A DNA stretch of 62,790 nt, filler included, from Rhabdomonas costata (Eukaryota), in assembly GCA_019059605.1 (NCBI GenBank). It is 48 parts of 48 records of this genome, joined end to end, with 100 filler letters (N's around TTAATTAATTAA, not from the genome) between each part and the next. Parts side by side here need not be neighbours in the genome. Positions count along the whole stretch, not along the records: positions 49,791 to 50,998 come from JAHMHO010023502.1; positions 51,099 to 52,308 come from JAHMHO010023503.1; positions 52,409 to 53,619 come from JAHMHO010023504.1; positions 53,720 to 54,929 come from JAHMHO010023505.1; positions 55,030 to 56,239 come from JAHMHO010023506.1; positions 56,340 to 57,549 come from JAHMHO010023507.1; positions 57,650 to 58,859 come from JAHMHO010023508.1; positions 58,960 to 60,170 come from JAHMHO010023509.1; 40 more parts are not named here. One strand, written 5' to 3'. Of this stretch, positions 49,902 to 62,790 are shown piece by piece. Each line of letters opens with the position of its first letter. The first letter of the stretch is position 1. The notes beneath the pieces were generated by a model, which ran no database searches, was not told where the DNA came from, and worked only from the letters and a program-made list of their open reading frames with translations. A program made the position numbers and the translations under genes.

Positions 49902-52900
49902 GTAGATGTGTTCTTTTTTAATGCTTTTTTTATTAGATTGTTTTATCCACGATGTTGAGTTTGTCTGGAATATATCGGGTGGGGTGGGATTGTTGGTGGC
50001 GGTTTTTTTTTTGGCTTGCTGAAACGTGTATTTTGCGGAGATTCGTTTCGGTCTGTTGCCCGATTTCTATAGTTTGGCAGAAAATGCTTCCTGATTTTTT
50101 CAGCGGCGGCGCGAAGCGGGGCCCGGTACTTGCGGAGAGTTACCCGTATGGAAACTCGCATCGTTACTCAACTCCACAAAACCTTCAGTTGGGATCCAGG
50201 GACACCTGCATCGCTACCTAACTATGTATGATCGGATCCTGCGAGGGTCTTGCAGCGGTCCGTAGAATAGCCTCAAATGGTTGGTCCCCACAACGGATCT
50301 AAAGTCAGAGGACGGGGTGGGGCAGCGCCCTGGTGCTTTGTCTCCAAGATGCTTCACGCGTCCCCACGCGCTAACTTTTTTGTGTTGGGAATGCAATGCC
50401 CTAGTTTCTTAGTTTCCGGGTGTACCTAGGCTTATCATTTTGCCTCCAGTTTTGTTTTCTATCCTTTAATATGACAATGCTGGAAATGAAAGGACAATAT
50501 TTGGTTTACTCGGTGCTCCCTTTTCCTCCTCGTCAATATATAGGCCAACAAGGCGCAGGTTCCGATGGGACAACACACCAAACTTCAAAGAACAGTGCTA
50601 TCGAACCCTGAGCAGTGCAAGGTATTTGTCACCGGATCCGCGCCGGGGGCGATGCCTGCTGTGTGCTGGGCTGCTGGCCATGGCGACGGAGCAGCTGCTG
50701 GCGAGGTGCTGCAGGCAGGGCTCTGGCAGCAGCACAGGAAGAGCGGACGCCCGAAGCCCTCCCACAAGCCCTTCAGGGGTGGCCCTCGCTGTTCGCTCCC
50801 GTCGTTCTCAAAGAGAAGAGATCTCGCTGCGTTGGGGAGGCGCACTGGAAATTCCTTCTCCTGAGGTAATCTTGGGAAGGTGTGGCATGCTTATTCTTTT
50901 CTATTCTATTCGTTTCACTGCTAATTTCCTTTCTCACACACTCGGCCAGATGCCTTAACTTGGGTACGCCACATGTTTTCCGCTGTTTTGTTTGTGTTNN
51001 NNNNNNNNNNNNNNNNNNNNNNNNNNNNNNNNNNNNNNNNNNTTAATTAATTAANNNNNNNNNNNNNNNNNNNNNNNNNNNNNNNNNNNNNNNNNNNNCA
51101 GAAAAAAACGGGCATCACCTACCGCTTCACGGGCCAGGGCCTCATTGAGCGCCATATCTTTGGCGGCTAGTTCCGCCCCGCTGACCCGGAGATCCTGCTG
51201 CAGCTTCGCCGCAATGCACGGGGAGCTCTGGATGATGAATGAGAGGAAGATACGCTCGAAGAAAGAGAGGGAGGGAGGGAGAGTCTGTGAGTTACACATG
51301 TTTCCCGAGGATTCGAGGACGTTTTCAAATGGCATACGACACACACTTCCCACCACTACTACTATGGTGTACCTCATGCGTGGACAGGGAGGGAGATGCA
51401 AGTGCCGCCTGAGACTATACTCGACTCTTAGAAGGGGTGAGGGGTCACGCGTGCCATAGGAATAACCCTAATGAAAAGCCCCCCCCCTCGTAATAAAGAC
51501 TTGTTTTTTTTGTGGAGAGACTCCGGTGCCTCCTGATCCTTTGCACAGTCCCTCCCCTGCAGGCAGGGCACACCACACGAAGGTCGTCGCAGCAGAGCGA
51601 GAAAATGGAGCGGTCTTGGGACCCGCTCAGATCTTCTGAGTGCTGCAAAACGAAATGCACAAATACATAAGGCAAAGAAACCGACACATCAGGGGCGTGG
51701 CAAAACACACACACACACACACAAACACTCACTCACTCACTCACTCACAGGCATAAACAATTCATCAGCTGGAGGATCGGGGTGCTTACGGTGTGACAGA
51801 TGTCAAGGGTTCCTTTTTTTGCCACACCCAAAAGGCCTCGAAAAAAAGGGCCCAAACAGGGACGTGGCTCTAGGGCAGCTATATTTCGAAGCCCTCCGGC
51901 CCACTACGCGACCCACTTGAAGTACTTCTGGCCTCCGCCCTCAGGTTAGCGGAACGAGCGCCGGCCGAAAACCAAGTTCAGTCTGCATTCCTGCAGAGTG
52001 CATCCCGGGTTCTTGCAAATATAAAAACCTAAAGGTCCTCAAGAAAGGAGGTAAACATGCACCCTTCAAGATGCCATGGGCGCCAAACGACCTGCCTAGC
52101 TCAGGTTAGGATGTCGTCAGGTCCTGACATACGGCGCCACACACTTCGGCTCGGTACGAACGAGTAGACAGCATTGGCAAAGGTCTGAGAGGAAGCGAAG
52201 ATGGCCGGGATGAGGTGAGGTGGGTGGGCGGTGGCCAACCGCTTGACCGGCGTGGGCCACCCCCGCCCGGGTGGCCTGGAGCTCCCTCTGCAGTTTCGCC
52301 GCACACACNNNNNNNNNNNNNNNNNNNNNNNNNNNNNNNNNNNNNNNNNNNNTTAATTAATTAANNNNNNNNNNNNNNNNNNNNNNNNNNNNNNNNNNNN
52401 NNNNNNNNGTGGTAAACAGAGTGCCTCGTACTTTACATGCAAAGTGGGTATGCGTAAAATTGGTATGCGTCTCATTTCTCTTTAGCTGATAATGGATGTG
52501 ATGAACGCTCCCACACTGGAGTTGAATGCTCCACCTCTGGAAGGGATTGCTTCCTTGAAGTCTGTGCATGGTCACTTGCTTCTGGGTAGGAGGATTTGGA
52601 GGCTGGTCCACTGTTAGATTCAAGGATTTACAGTCCCATTGGTTGTTTTACTTGCAGGGGGGCATTGTACATCTACCGGACGGATGCGTCTTTCCAGACT
52701 GAAAAGGACTGCCGTAGGTGTCATCTGCTTTATGAAAGACAAGACGTACACACTGAAAAAGGTGTCGACCACCAAGGAGCACTCCCCTGCTTTTCGGTTT
52801 CCTTTTCTCACGCGGACCTTTTGGTCACTTGAACCAACCTACAGGCTGGCTTGTTTTAAATTTTGGTACTGCATTAGACCAAAACTAAAGGGATCTAATT

Positions 52901-54206
52901 GGAAACCCCCCTTTGGCAGACCAAAACTCCCATCCACAGAAAAATACCGGATTTTACCAGAAAACTGAAGAGGAACTGCAGAATTTTTCTCATTTTTTGA
53001 TGCACCTTTGCTTTCCTTTTCCAAGATTTTACAAATTCTTATCCCGTCGCTCTATTCCCGCATTTTTCCAATCCGAAGAGGCACCCTGGTTACAGTGCGT
53101 TTTTTGGTTCCTTCCAACGTTTTTGTTTTGGATTGGGAAGGAGTGATTTTCAACTAAATTTCTATAAAAAAACCAGGACAGTATTTTTAAATCCCGTAAG
53201 TATCACTAAACCGGGCCTTGAGCCCAGGGCGCGGTGGTGGATGCCGATCAATCTTACCTGGTAGCAGACGTTTGGTACCCAGCATGTGTAACGGCTCAGG
53301 ACACGTAGGAGAGCCTTCGAGTGGATGAAAAAGATAAAGAACACTTTGGTGTTCGCGGTCGTGAGAAATTTCAGAATGATTTTCGACGGAGTAGAGAGAT
53401 TGGTAGATATACGAGTTTTGAGTGGAATGGTTGACGAGCTAAAGATTGGAAGTTCAGCGCTTGAGTTGAGAAGAGAGGAGAGCGTTGTTGCCGCAAGAGC
53501 AGAGATAAATTCTGTTGGTGAGATGAGACTTCAGAAAAGCTCAAGAGTTGATGAAGTAGTGGTGCATTTGGATAAAACCATTGGAGGAAGTCACGGAAGA
53601 TATATGGGAGCAGTTGAATNNNNNNNNNNNNNNNNNNNNNNNNNNNNNNNNNNNNNNNNNNNNTTAATTAATTAANNNNNNNNNNNNNNNNNNNNNNNNN
53701 NNNNNNNNNNNNNNNNNNNTTTTTTTGGCTCCCCATGCCCTCATCTAGCACCGAGATCGTAAGAATTTGATGTCCTCGACGGGCACCTTCTTAGTATTTA
53801 TACCACACAGTTTGCGATCACCACTTCAGTTGAGGGAGGAAAAAAAGAGCCACATGTGTGTGTCCTAGTTTTTTCAAAATGGCGAAACTGCAGAAGTGAA
53901 ATCAATGTGAGCAGGATTCCCGTTGCTCTCGCTGCGAGGAAAGAGGTCATGCATAGGAGTTGACTTGCCAACAGGACTTTCCGAACTTACAGATCATCAC
54001 AGGGTTCAGCAAAAAGCGAAAAAAAAAAGCGTCTTTGGTACTCCACTAGTTCAGGTGGGCAACATATCAGATATCATATATTGCGTGTAATGGGTGTGCT
54101 GTTACCCACGCATTTTTCTAAATGGGTGGAAAACAATGGAACGCTGCTGCAGAGAAAGAGAAAGGGCACAAACGGCCCACAGAAAAAAACAGAAGCGACG
54201 CCGCAC

Positions 54207-54783
54207 CATGTAGTTGATCTTCCCGGTGTTCTCCGGGTCCACAGCCGCCAGGAGCTCCGCGGCCTCGTCGGGGCTGAGCTTGTCCGAGCCATACGTCGTC
54301 AGCGCATGCTCCAAAACCCCCGTGCTGACGCAGCCCGGGGGGACGTTGTCCGTCTCGAAGACCTTGAAGGCGGCCTTGAGCTGCTCTGGGGTGTAGTCTG
54401 CTTGCACCCGGCGAGACATCACCGTGACGAATTCTGTGTGAAAAAGCACCGTACGGGCAAACAAGAAGGAAACGTTAAAAAAACTTACAGGCTTTGCTTG
54501 TCATTTTTTTTATAGAATTTTTTCGATCACGCAACGTCATGGTTACGCTTGCAGCGAGCAAGTTCGCAAGGGTTTCTTTCAATCTTCAAATGTCCAAAAA
54601 TTGTTTCTAGTGCAAACAGCCGAATCGAAGAGACCAACAACCGTTGAAATCAATGTCTCCACTTCCATCGGCGTCAACTTCCTTCATCATGGCCTGCAGC
54701 TCCTCCTCCGTGGGATCGCGACGGAGCCGTTGCAGCAGACCGCGCAGGGGCTCGGGCAGCGACCCGCCATCCCTCCCCGCCAT
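54207..54783 (-). CDS. Calmodulin-like EF-hand protein resembling outer-arm dynein 18-kDa light chain LC4; exons about 54783-54642 and 54433-54207
   Basis: PTEEELQAMMKEVDADGSGDIDFN|EFVTVMSRRVQADYTPEQLKAAFKVFE...ALTTYGSDKLS...VDPENTGKINY. GT-AG intron 54434-54641. The 5' limit is uncertain. Confidence 0.8.
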
Positions 54784-57700
54784 GTCCTCACAAATCCACA
54801 ATCGCACACTCTCAGTGGCTGACCCCTCTCCTTCGGTTATTAATGATAAAGAAGCCCTTGGAAGCCACCAAACGACGCCGGAGAATGTCGAAGGAGGTGT
54901 CACGGGCACCCGCACGGTTACAACCAACANNNNNNNNNNNNNNNNNNNNNNNNNNNNNNNNNNNNNNNNNNNNTTAATTAATTAANNNNNNNNNNNNNNN
55001 NNNNNNNNNNNNNNNNNNNNNNNNNNNNNGGTGGTGGGTGCCGCGGGTGCCGGGGTTGCGGAGGCTGTCGCGGGTGCGGGGGCTGCCACCACCCCAAAGA
55101 AAGCGCCGAGTCCACGGAGAAGGTACGTTCCTTCGCAATCCCTGGGTCCTTTTTGCGTGCGGAGCGCTCCCCTTCTCCAGACCTCTCGTCAGTTGGTATA
55201 TTAGTGATGGGGTTCTACCGCGTTGATATGGCTGCAGCCCTGTCTCTCACACAGCCTCTCCGATGGCTCCACTATAAATGGTTCCTTCCGCTTCTTGCTA
55301 GTTGTCCACAACTGCGAAGGAAGGCCGAGCTGTCCTTTGCATTGCAAGGCTAGCCAAACTGCGCAAAATGTACACAAAAAGTCTTTGTTGGGATTGGATG
55401 CAGCTCGACCAACACTTCAGACTCCCTTATCCAAGTGAATGGTCATGCAGTCGCTGCCCATCCTCACTGTCTTGAACGCTTGTCACCTTCGAACACTTGT
55501 CCGGGAAAGCACAATCCCCTGAAACAATCAGCACATAATTCCCGACCACGGGAAGCCGTGGGAACCCCACAGGTAACAGTTTGTGATAGCGAGAAGACAC
55601 TCCGAGACGATGTCTGTGGCGAGTAGGAGAGGGTTCCCTCCAGCACTACACGAGGAGACAGCGCGGGGTAGGTATGTGTGTCACTTACAGCTGGCAAGGC
55701 GCGTTAATTGTCGATAGCGAGCAGGTGAAGACGGTGAGACGGCAGAGCAAAGGTTAACCCATGTCTCCTGCTGGATCAGGGCAGCAACTTGGGGCAGCGC
55801 GCTGGTTGGTGTCGTGGACGCGCTCGAACGTTGGCCACTGATGCAGGGGTGGGGGTGGTACCAAAAAAGATATAAATAAGTGGCATTACTTCGGCAGTGT
55901 ACCCAAAAAAAGGGTAGGTTCCCCCGCCCCCTGGGAAGGCTTCCTAACCCCATTAAACGCATCCTGAAGGCCCTAACCCCCTGCAAGACGAATACGAAGT
56001 CAGTCTACTGGAAATAACCGTCACGAATATGTTCAAGGATCGAGGAATCATGACCATGTAACCCTTTCTTCTTTCTGCCCACCTCAGTCTCGTTCGCCTC
56101 AATTGCCTTGTCTCTTCCGCCGAGAATATCCACAGCTGCGTCTTGCTGATTAAGAACACACTGTCGGTACCTCGCAGACCACGCAGATACCACCCAGATG
56201 AGTGTCCAAGCATCTGGAAGCATCTGGGTAGCTCTAACANNNNNNNNNNNNNNNNNNNNNNNNNNNNNNNNNNNNNNNNNNNNTTAATTAATTAANNNNN
56301 NNNNNNNNNNNNNNNNNNNNNNNNNNNNNNNNNNNNNNNTGTGGTGGGGGTTTTCTTTCCTGAATGCGCGTACAAATCTTTTCTCAAATCGGAGTGAAGC
56401 GTCAACAACCATCCCACAGCCTATCTGCAAAAGTGTGCTCTGGCGCAAACAATGGGTGAATGGGGTGGATGGACGCACCTCGCACAAGGCCGTATACCAT
56501 CAGCAGACTGGAGGGAACCAGCACCGCCCCCAGAAGCTGCCGAGAGCCGTTTGAGGAGGAGGGACCAGAGCTCAACAGCCGAAGCAGCTGCCGGGTTGGA
56601 GCCCGTAGGCCCTCCTCCACCCACTGCGCTCCCCCACCCAGCACCTTCATTGCTCGGAGAGAGTGCCGGAGGGAGATGCGAAAAAAAAACGCAGGCAAGA
56701 TCAAATCACGACAGACACATCTAAAGGGAGGTGTGCGAGATAATATGGGCCCCAATGTCCACGTAACTTGCCCAAACTCAGCACAACTCCAGCGCTGCAA
56801 AGTAATCTAGAATAGTGCGATGTTGATACGGCACAGACAGCTTGGGAAACATTGTGCAACTCTCAGCGTGAACGATGTGGGTGCATGTGTTTGCGTGTGT
56901 GATGACAATAGTTGGCGAACCTATGAGTGGAATCCTGACGGCCTATCTAGCAAGCAACTGGACAAGGATACAGTTCGGAATCTCCGGCCCTAACGCCCTG
57001 AACGAGCAAATGTTTAGTGTCTATCCCAAGCTCCAACTGGCCATCAAAAGCAAATTACAGGAACGATTTCTCACGAAGTGAGTTGCAACCAACACCAGGG
57101 CATTGCACAGCAACACACACACACACACAAGCACAAACACACGCAGACGGGAAAACTAGTTCGCGGGTTCTGTCAGTTAGGAGGCAATCCCAATTCCGCG
57201 GTGGGTTGCCCACCAGACCCACCCCAGTGATTGGCTGTTCCTGGGGACAGCGGAAGCCGATGCTCACGGCAGACAAAGTGCAGCACGACCTCAGCCAAAA
57301 CCGCATCGACCCACCGGACGAGGTGAAGGTTGTCCTTGTAGTGCGTCGGCCATACCGAAAGTGAGGCATGAAAGATGTCCACAGACGGGAACCCATGGGC
57401 GCCCATGACATGCCTGCGAAAAAACAATACCCCAGAGGTCAAGCACTCTGTGCAATCCTTGGCGAAAGCAAAGGCACTCATTCCCGGTAAGTTACGCAGT
57501 CTGACGTAAAGCAGAACCCAGACCGCAACACACCGCACGACCAACAAAANNNNNNNNNNNNNNNNNNNNNNNNNNNNNNNNNNNNNNNNNNNNTTAATTA
57601 ATTAANNNNNNNNNNNNNNNNNNNNNNNNNNNNNNNNNNNNNNNNNNNNGTTTTGGGGCGTTTTGTTGGAGCTAATCAATTTCGTTAATTGGCATTCACT

Positions 57701-59533
57701 GTTTATTGTTCATTCTTCCAAGCTTGTTCATTCCATTCTTGTTTGGTTACACAACTGCCAGTGCTTTTGCTACATAGGTCTGAGCAGCTGATCTCGAACC
57801 AGATTTCTTATGCAAGAGGAGTGAACTGCGGAGTATTACATTGTGTATTATATATTGTCCGCATGCGCGACACTCTCACTCGCGCTGATTGCCTCCTGGG
57901 GCTTCATGCCCTTACACACCTTCCGTGGCAGTTCTTACTCATCTTTCATCTAGTGCCCACTCTCATGATCTGCATGCAGCTCGGTTTCCTTCCGGTACGA
58001 ATTCCTGTCCATCTAAGTCACGGTATCAACTCGGAGAAGCCGGATGCCCGTGGACTTACAGGACACCTCCTTCAAAATGAGCTCTGCGTTACCCAAGAGA
58101 GCAATAAAGGAGTTGTTCATGGCACTTTTATTGGGCCTGGGTCGTTTACAGCTCTAGTTGGCCATCAATATGCAGGGTTATGCAGTTCATGCATGGATCC
58201 GCCTCACGTCAGTGGCCCTGGGATATCCATTTTAATTATAGAAAAGCCTGTGAGTATATATGCATGTCACCCACATCAAGACCGTTGACCTGACGGATTG
58301 TAAGCGAGATGGAGGCCGTAGACTTACGTAACTGAAAGTCCTTTGTCTTATGTTGGGCACCTATTTTGACGTTGACACCTAGGTCCTAGGCAGGAATCCC
58401 TGGGCACGTAATGCACGAACTTAGGCCCAAATGGTTTTTGCATCGTCCTCCAACACGCAACCTTCTTCTCTCGGATATGGCGTCCGTGCCCACGCGTTAC
58501 ATTATTACTTGCCTACCTTCCGTCCGCAAACCAGCCGTATGTGACAATTTTTCTTCCTTAGTTTCACCAATTTTGTGTTGCGTTGGAACTACAAACCGCC
58601 GGAAAATGCTGTTATCTGTTGTCCCCAAAAACTTTTCAATTGAAATGTTGGGCCGCTCTTGAAAAGCAAAGTTGGCACACAAAGGCCCAAAATTTCTGCA
58701 AACTCCACCACTCTTCGGTCCAATCTTATGGCATACTTTGGGTTGAGGCCGCCTCCGGCCAACATTTAGAAGAGGAACCATGAAAGCGCAAAGCGCCTGA
58801 GCGGCAACCCTACGGAGGCAGAATGTTGCCGCTTCGTTCGTCCGAAATAACCAAAAACCNNNNNNNNNNNNNNNNNNNNNNNNNNNNNNNNNNNNNNNNN
58901 NNNTTAATTAATTAANNNNNNNNNNNNNNNNNNNNNNNNNNNNNNNNNNNNNNNNNNNNGTGGTGGGTGTGTTTGGGTTTGTGTGTATACAGTTGGCACG
59001 CGTCAGATGAGGTTTGTCTCGCTGTCGTTTGGTTTTTGAGCATCTGCAGGATGCTCGTGAGTGCATCGTGGGTTACCTCTGATGTGCAGTTCAAGCGTAT
59101 GCTAGCCGGATTGCGGTGCCGCAGTCGGCATATTTTAATCGGGTTTACTTGTGGCTCATTCAACTACCGGGGAGGAAAAATTATTTGGGTCATTGGTCAT
59201 GTCGGCCACGCAGTGGAGCGTAGAAAGTCTTTGAACTGGGGCTGCTTACTCTAATGGTGAACTGGAGTTGTGTGAGAGATAAGTGTGTATATATAGTCGA
59301 TAGTGTGCATATATATTGTCGATAGAAGAAAACCTGTGCGCCCGTGTATTGAACCCCATGGAACAACCTTCCTCGCCTCTATAGTAAACAAGAAAGCGTC
59401 CCTGAATGTTTCGAGGGCGGGATGAAACTTTGACCACAAATGGGCTCGTGGTCAGCAGGGTTGAGGTCTGTGAGACACCTTGTGCTCTGTGAGACACCTT
59501 CCGATAGGCAAGCGGGTAGGAGTGCTGGGCAGG

Positions 59534-59573
59534 GAGTGAGTGAGTGAGTGAGTGAGTGAGTGAGTGAGTGAGT
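59534..59573. repeat. (GAGT)10 microsatellite
   Basis: Directly visible; its complement (ACTC)n occurs at about 51726-51746. Confidence 0.95.
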
Positions 59574-60271
59574 GAATGTATGTGTGAGTTGTTTGGAGAT
59601 TCGACGTCCGCCGTACCTGCGAATACCATTCAATTCAAACCACTCGAGAGACTAAACTACGGAAAGAGCTGTGCTGGGTCAGCTTATGGGCTTATGGGCT
59701 CTCTTAAATTTCAGGTCATACGGATTGATAGATTATTGGATTGTACAAGAATTGGCTGCCGGAGAAGAATTTTCGTTTGGGACGACATGTCTTCAGTTGA
59801 CTGCAGCCTGAAAAGGCGGTCTGGTGTTTTCAGTTCGTCGGGGTTTGCCTGGGCAGAGATGCTTCAGGCAAGATTTGAGGAACCCTGGCTTTACCTTTAT
59901 GTTCTCAGGATACTGCTTTTTGTCGTCGTGTCTCTTCTATTCGTTCTATCTTGTCCTTCCCCCCTGAAGATTTGCCGCTTCTTTTCCCCACAACATTTTA
60001 CTCATTTTACTCGGTCCTGTGAGGGTGCAGGTGGTTTGCTACGGTGAGCAAGCTGCTTCGTGCCCCTCCTGTTACGGAAGGAGGGGCATACATAGAACGG
60101 TCAGTCCTTTTTGCCTGCAAAACCTTCACGTACACATATGGCAACCACGACTGCAGTGAAAACGACGCCGNNNNNNNNNNNNNNNNNNNNNNNNNNNNNN
60201 NNNNNNNNNNNNNNTTAATTAATTAANNNNNNNNNNNNNNNNNNNNNNNNNNNNNNNNNNNNNNNNNNNNG

Positions 60272-61073
60272 CTTAAGGAGTACCGCAAGTATGCGTGGGG
60301 CGGCAGCGGACGTCTGCTTTCTTCGAGCTCACGTAGGTATTTGGAGTTACCCCCTCGATAGGGTTGTGTGTGTCAGGTCGATTCCTCCTCTCTCAGTCTG
60401 AACCGAAGCTGAACGCAGCACATCCCCAACATTCCGCGCTTGATTGCAGGTACATGCCGGAGTCCCTGTTCACGAAGGAGGACACCGAGGAGACCCCCCG
60501 GGATGTCCCAAGCTCTCCCGCCAACGCCAACGCCAACGCCCCCGGCACCACCCCACGCAAGCGCAGCCAGCGACAAAGCGGCGCGGGGAAGGGGCTGTAC
60601 CGCACCGCCTCATCCTCCTCTGGGGAGGAAGTGTGCGTGCCCCGTAATAGTCACTCCACGGAGAGCAAGGTATTGCCTGCGCACTTGTTGGTACAGGATG
60701 CTTTCGAGCTTTGTTCGAGGCGCGTTAATGGGTTATTGGTTTGGCAAATGGTTTTGGTACACGAGGCCCACTTTCAGTTTCACGTTTCTGAGGTGTTAAG
60801 AAACAGTTCGGAAGTGAAGATGTTGTGATGGAGAATTCTCTGGTAAATTGGACCAGTGGGTTTTCACGCAGGCGTCATCATCTAGAGCGACCACAGAGAG
60901 GCTTCTTTTGTGAGGGGTGGAATGCGCAGGAGTCCAATCGTTCATCCAGAAAGCAGTCGCGGGGCCCTATGGTGGGCACAGACCGCAACTCCCGCCGCCT
61001 GGCCACGGTGGCTTCGGTCGACCTCACGGGGTTCGAGAAGGTCGCTGGAAACCCTGAGGAGGTCGTCGTGCTG
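60272..61073 (+). CDS. Receptor-type class III adenylyl/guanylyl cyclase-like protein; exons 60272-60288, 60450-60669 and 60930-about 61073
   Basis: Spliced LKEYRK|YMPESLF (signalling-helix-like), a low-complexity linker, then RRLATVASVDLTGFEKV, matching the first cyclase strand T.LF.DI.GF. Both introns are GT-AG and in phase. Confidence 0.65.
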
Positions 61074-61731
61074 GCACCATCTCGCACTGTCGCGAAGGGG
61101 AGAGAAGGAGAGGCTTCCTTCTGGTCAACTTCACAATCTCATAATCCGAACCTTTCACGCCGACCCATCGTGTGATGCTCACCCGCTCGAAACAACAGTT
61201 ACGGTGGGGGAGCTAGACATGTCGGCGTGACTTCAAGTCTAAGTAAGGTACGTTTCTAGAGAGGGAAGTTCCTTCTTCCTTTCCCACTGCGATGGATTTT
61301 GTACGTGCGCAGCTGCTGCAGTGGCACCACCGAACGTGGCCTTTCTGAATCATTGTTTTTATGTGCATGGCTGGTTTCCATCGTTGAAGGACCAATGCCC
61401 TCTCTTCTGGCTATCTGCTCAAACCTGGTGACAAAACGCCCGCAGAGGAGTCACCACGTTGATGATGGGCCCCACAACCCNNNNNNNNNNNNNNNNNNNN
61501 NNNNNNNNNNNNNNNNNNNNNNNNTTAATTAATTAANNNNNNNNNNNNNNNNNNNNNNNNNNNNNNNNNNNNNNNNNNNNTGTGTCGGTGCAGGTCCGCC
61601 CAGACCCGCTTCTCGAACTCCGGAGGAAGTTCCGTGCCGTGGGCCCCCTTTTGAGAAGAGGCAGCCGTACGGGAAGGAGTGAGTGGCGGCGTCAGGTGAG
61701 ACGGACTCTGGACTAGTTAGGTCAGAGAAAG

Positions 61732-61781
61732 CCTAACCTTAACCTTAACTCTTACCCAAAACCGAACCCGAACCCGAACCC
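61732..61781. repeat. Degenerate telomere-like hexamer run (CCTAAC/CTTAAC/CCGAAC)
   Basis: About 8 variant units related to CCCTAA. Confidence 0.55.
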
Positions 61782-62300
61782 AGGAATGAAGGGTTCATGA
61801 ATCCCCACAAGAATTGCAGATCGCGCCTCACTTTTTTATCGATGCGATTTCCGCAGGGGATCTAAGAACGACGGGAAGCTATATACGGGGAATCAAAACA
61901 AAACATGCCTAGATGGTAAGCCTTGAGCCGGAGGTGAATAGAACAACAGAATAGCAATTGATCGGCCGATGACTGGCGGGTGAACGTATGACGCAAGCTG
62001 CACGTTGCCCAGGACCCACTAACTCCAAGATCCAAGAAAGTGGTTATGCCTGAAACAGGGTCTTAATGTCTTGATGTAGTGCTCTGTAAACGTTGGGAAG
62101 CTATGCATAGAACAGTTGTGCCCAAGGCGCCAGTGATCGGGCGAAACAATAGTACGGGCGGCTAACTATCACTGCTGTGAGTCGCAACCTGAGTTCAACT
62201 GCAGTATTGCAGTTGAGCGTGTTATCCCGTGACCGAAGGTGCACGTTGCCCCAACAGCAGGCCTCCCAAACAAAGCCACAAAAAAGGAGGAGAGGTATGC

Positions 62301-62654
62301 CTGGAAAAGGATCTTGATGGCATCCCCAAAGTAGATCTTCCCCTCGTGCACGGGGATCCGCTTGGCATGGTCCTCCAGATGGGGTAGCACGCGCAGTCCC
62401 CGGCGGCGGGACATGCTCCGGGCGGAGCGGTTGTGCACGCTGCTGGTGCGGGATTCACGGCGGTCGGCCTCGCCCTCGGCGTCCTTCTGGAGTTTCCGGT
62501 CCAGGTCTGTGACGAGCTCCATGAACACGGAGGCCTCCAACCACATCTCCCCCTTGGTATCGCGGCGGGCCCACAGCACGCAGAAGCTGTCGATGTAGGC
62601 CTCCATGATAGCGATCTGGGTCTCCTTGCTGAGCATGGTGTTGAAGCTCTCCAC
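62301..62654 (-). CDS. Voltage-gated Ca2+/Na+ channel alpha subunit, post-S6 EF-hand-like C-terminal exon
   Basis: VESFN...IDSFCVLWARRDTKGEMWL...FMELVTDL...RIPVHEGKIYFGDAIKIL matches F...W...D......I....L..L and IP...G.+HF.D.L. Acceptor TGTCAG|; candidate donor CAG|GCATAC. Confidence 0.7.
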
Positions 62655-62790
62655 CTGACAGGGATGAAAGGGAGAGTACTGACATACTGCAGGGGCACTC
62701 CGTCGCTCGTTCAACGGTCTACGGTCAGCTCCTTCTTCAGAAAGGCCGACTGCGAATCTTCCTCACAACAAACCCAAACACACCCACCAC

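Overview
This is not a continuous locus. It is 48 unrelated contigs of about 1.2 kb joined by 47 artificial 100-nt linkers (N44-TTAATTAATTAA-N44, stop codons in all six frames), so no gene-neighbourhood inference across linkers is valid. The DNA is an intron-rich eukaryotic nuclear genome, most likely a euglenid (inference from an articulin-type VPV-repeat exon, flagellar dyneins and GC-rich short exons). It appears to have been whole-genome amplified: many contigs have G/T-only starts, A/C-only ends and terminal fold-back repeats. Recognisable partial genes, all called by eye from motifs: nitronate monooxygenase/FabK family, MFS transporter, organellar IF2, RUS1/DUF647, two class III nucleotide cyclases (one apparently catalytically degenerate), PAN2, ABCB/MDR, an SDR, a multi-pass membrane protein, articulin, ketopantoate reductase, ankyrin, REJ-domain protein, dynein heavy chain, tandem Sushi protein, outer-arm dynein LC4 and a voltage-gated Ca/Na channel. 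Best leads: (1) a probably retroelement-borne Dam-like N6-adenine methyltransferase; (2) a recurring non-GT splice donor, AG|GCAT; (3) an AT-rich virus-fibre-like ORF next to host-like DNA; (4) Sushi modules in phase 1-1 exons; (5) a Gag-like ORF with an atypical Zn knuckle; (6) a 31-nt motif shared by two strand-skewed contigs; (7) helically phased A-tracts. I found no rRNA, tRNA, CRISPR array or complete multi-gene system.
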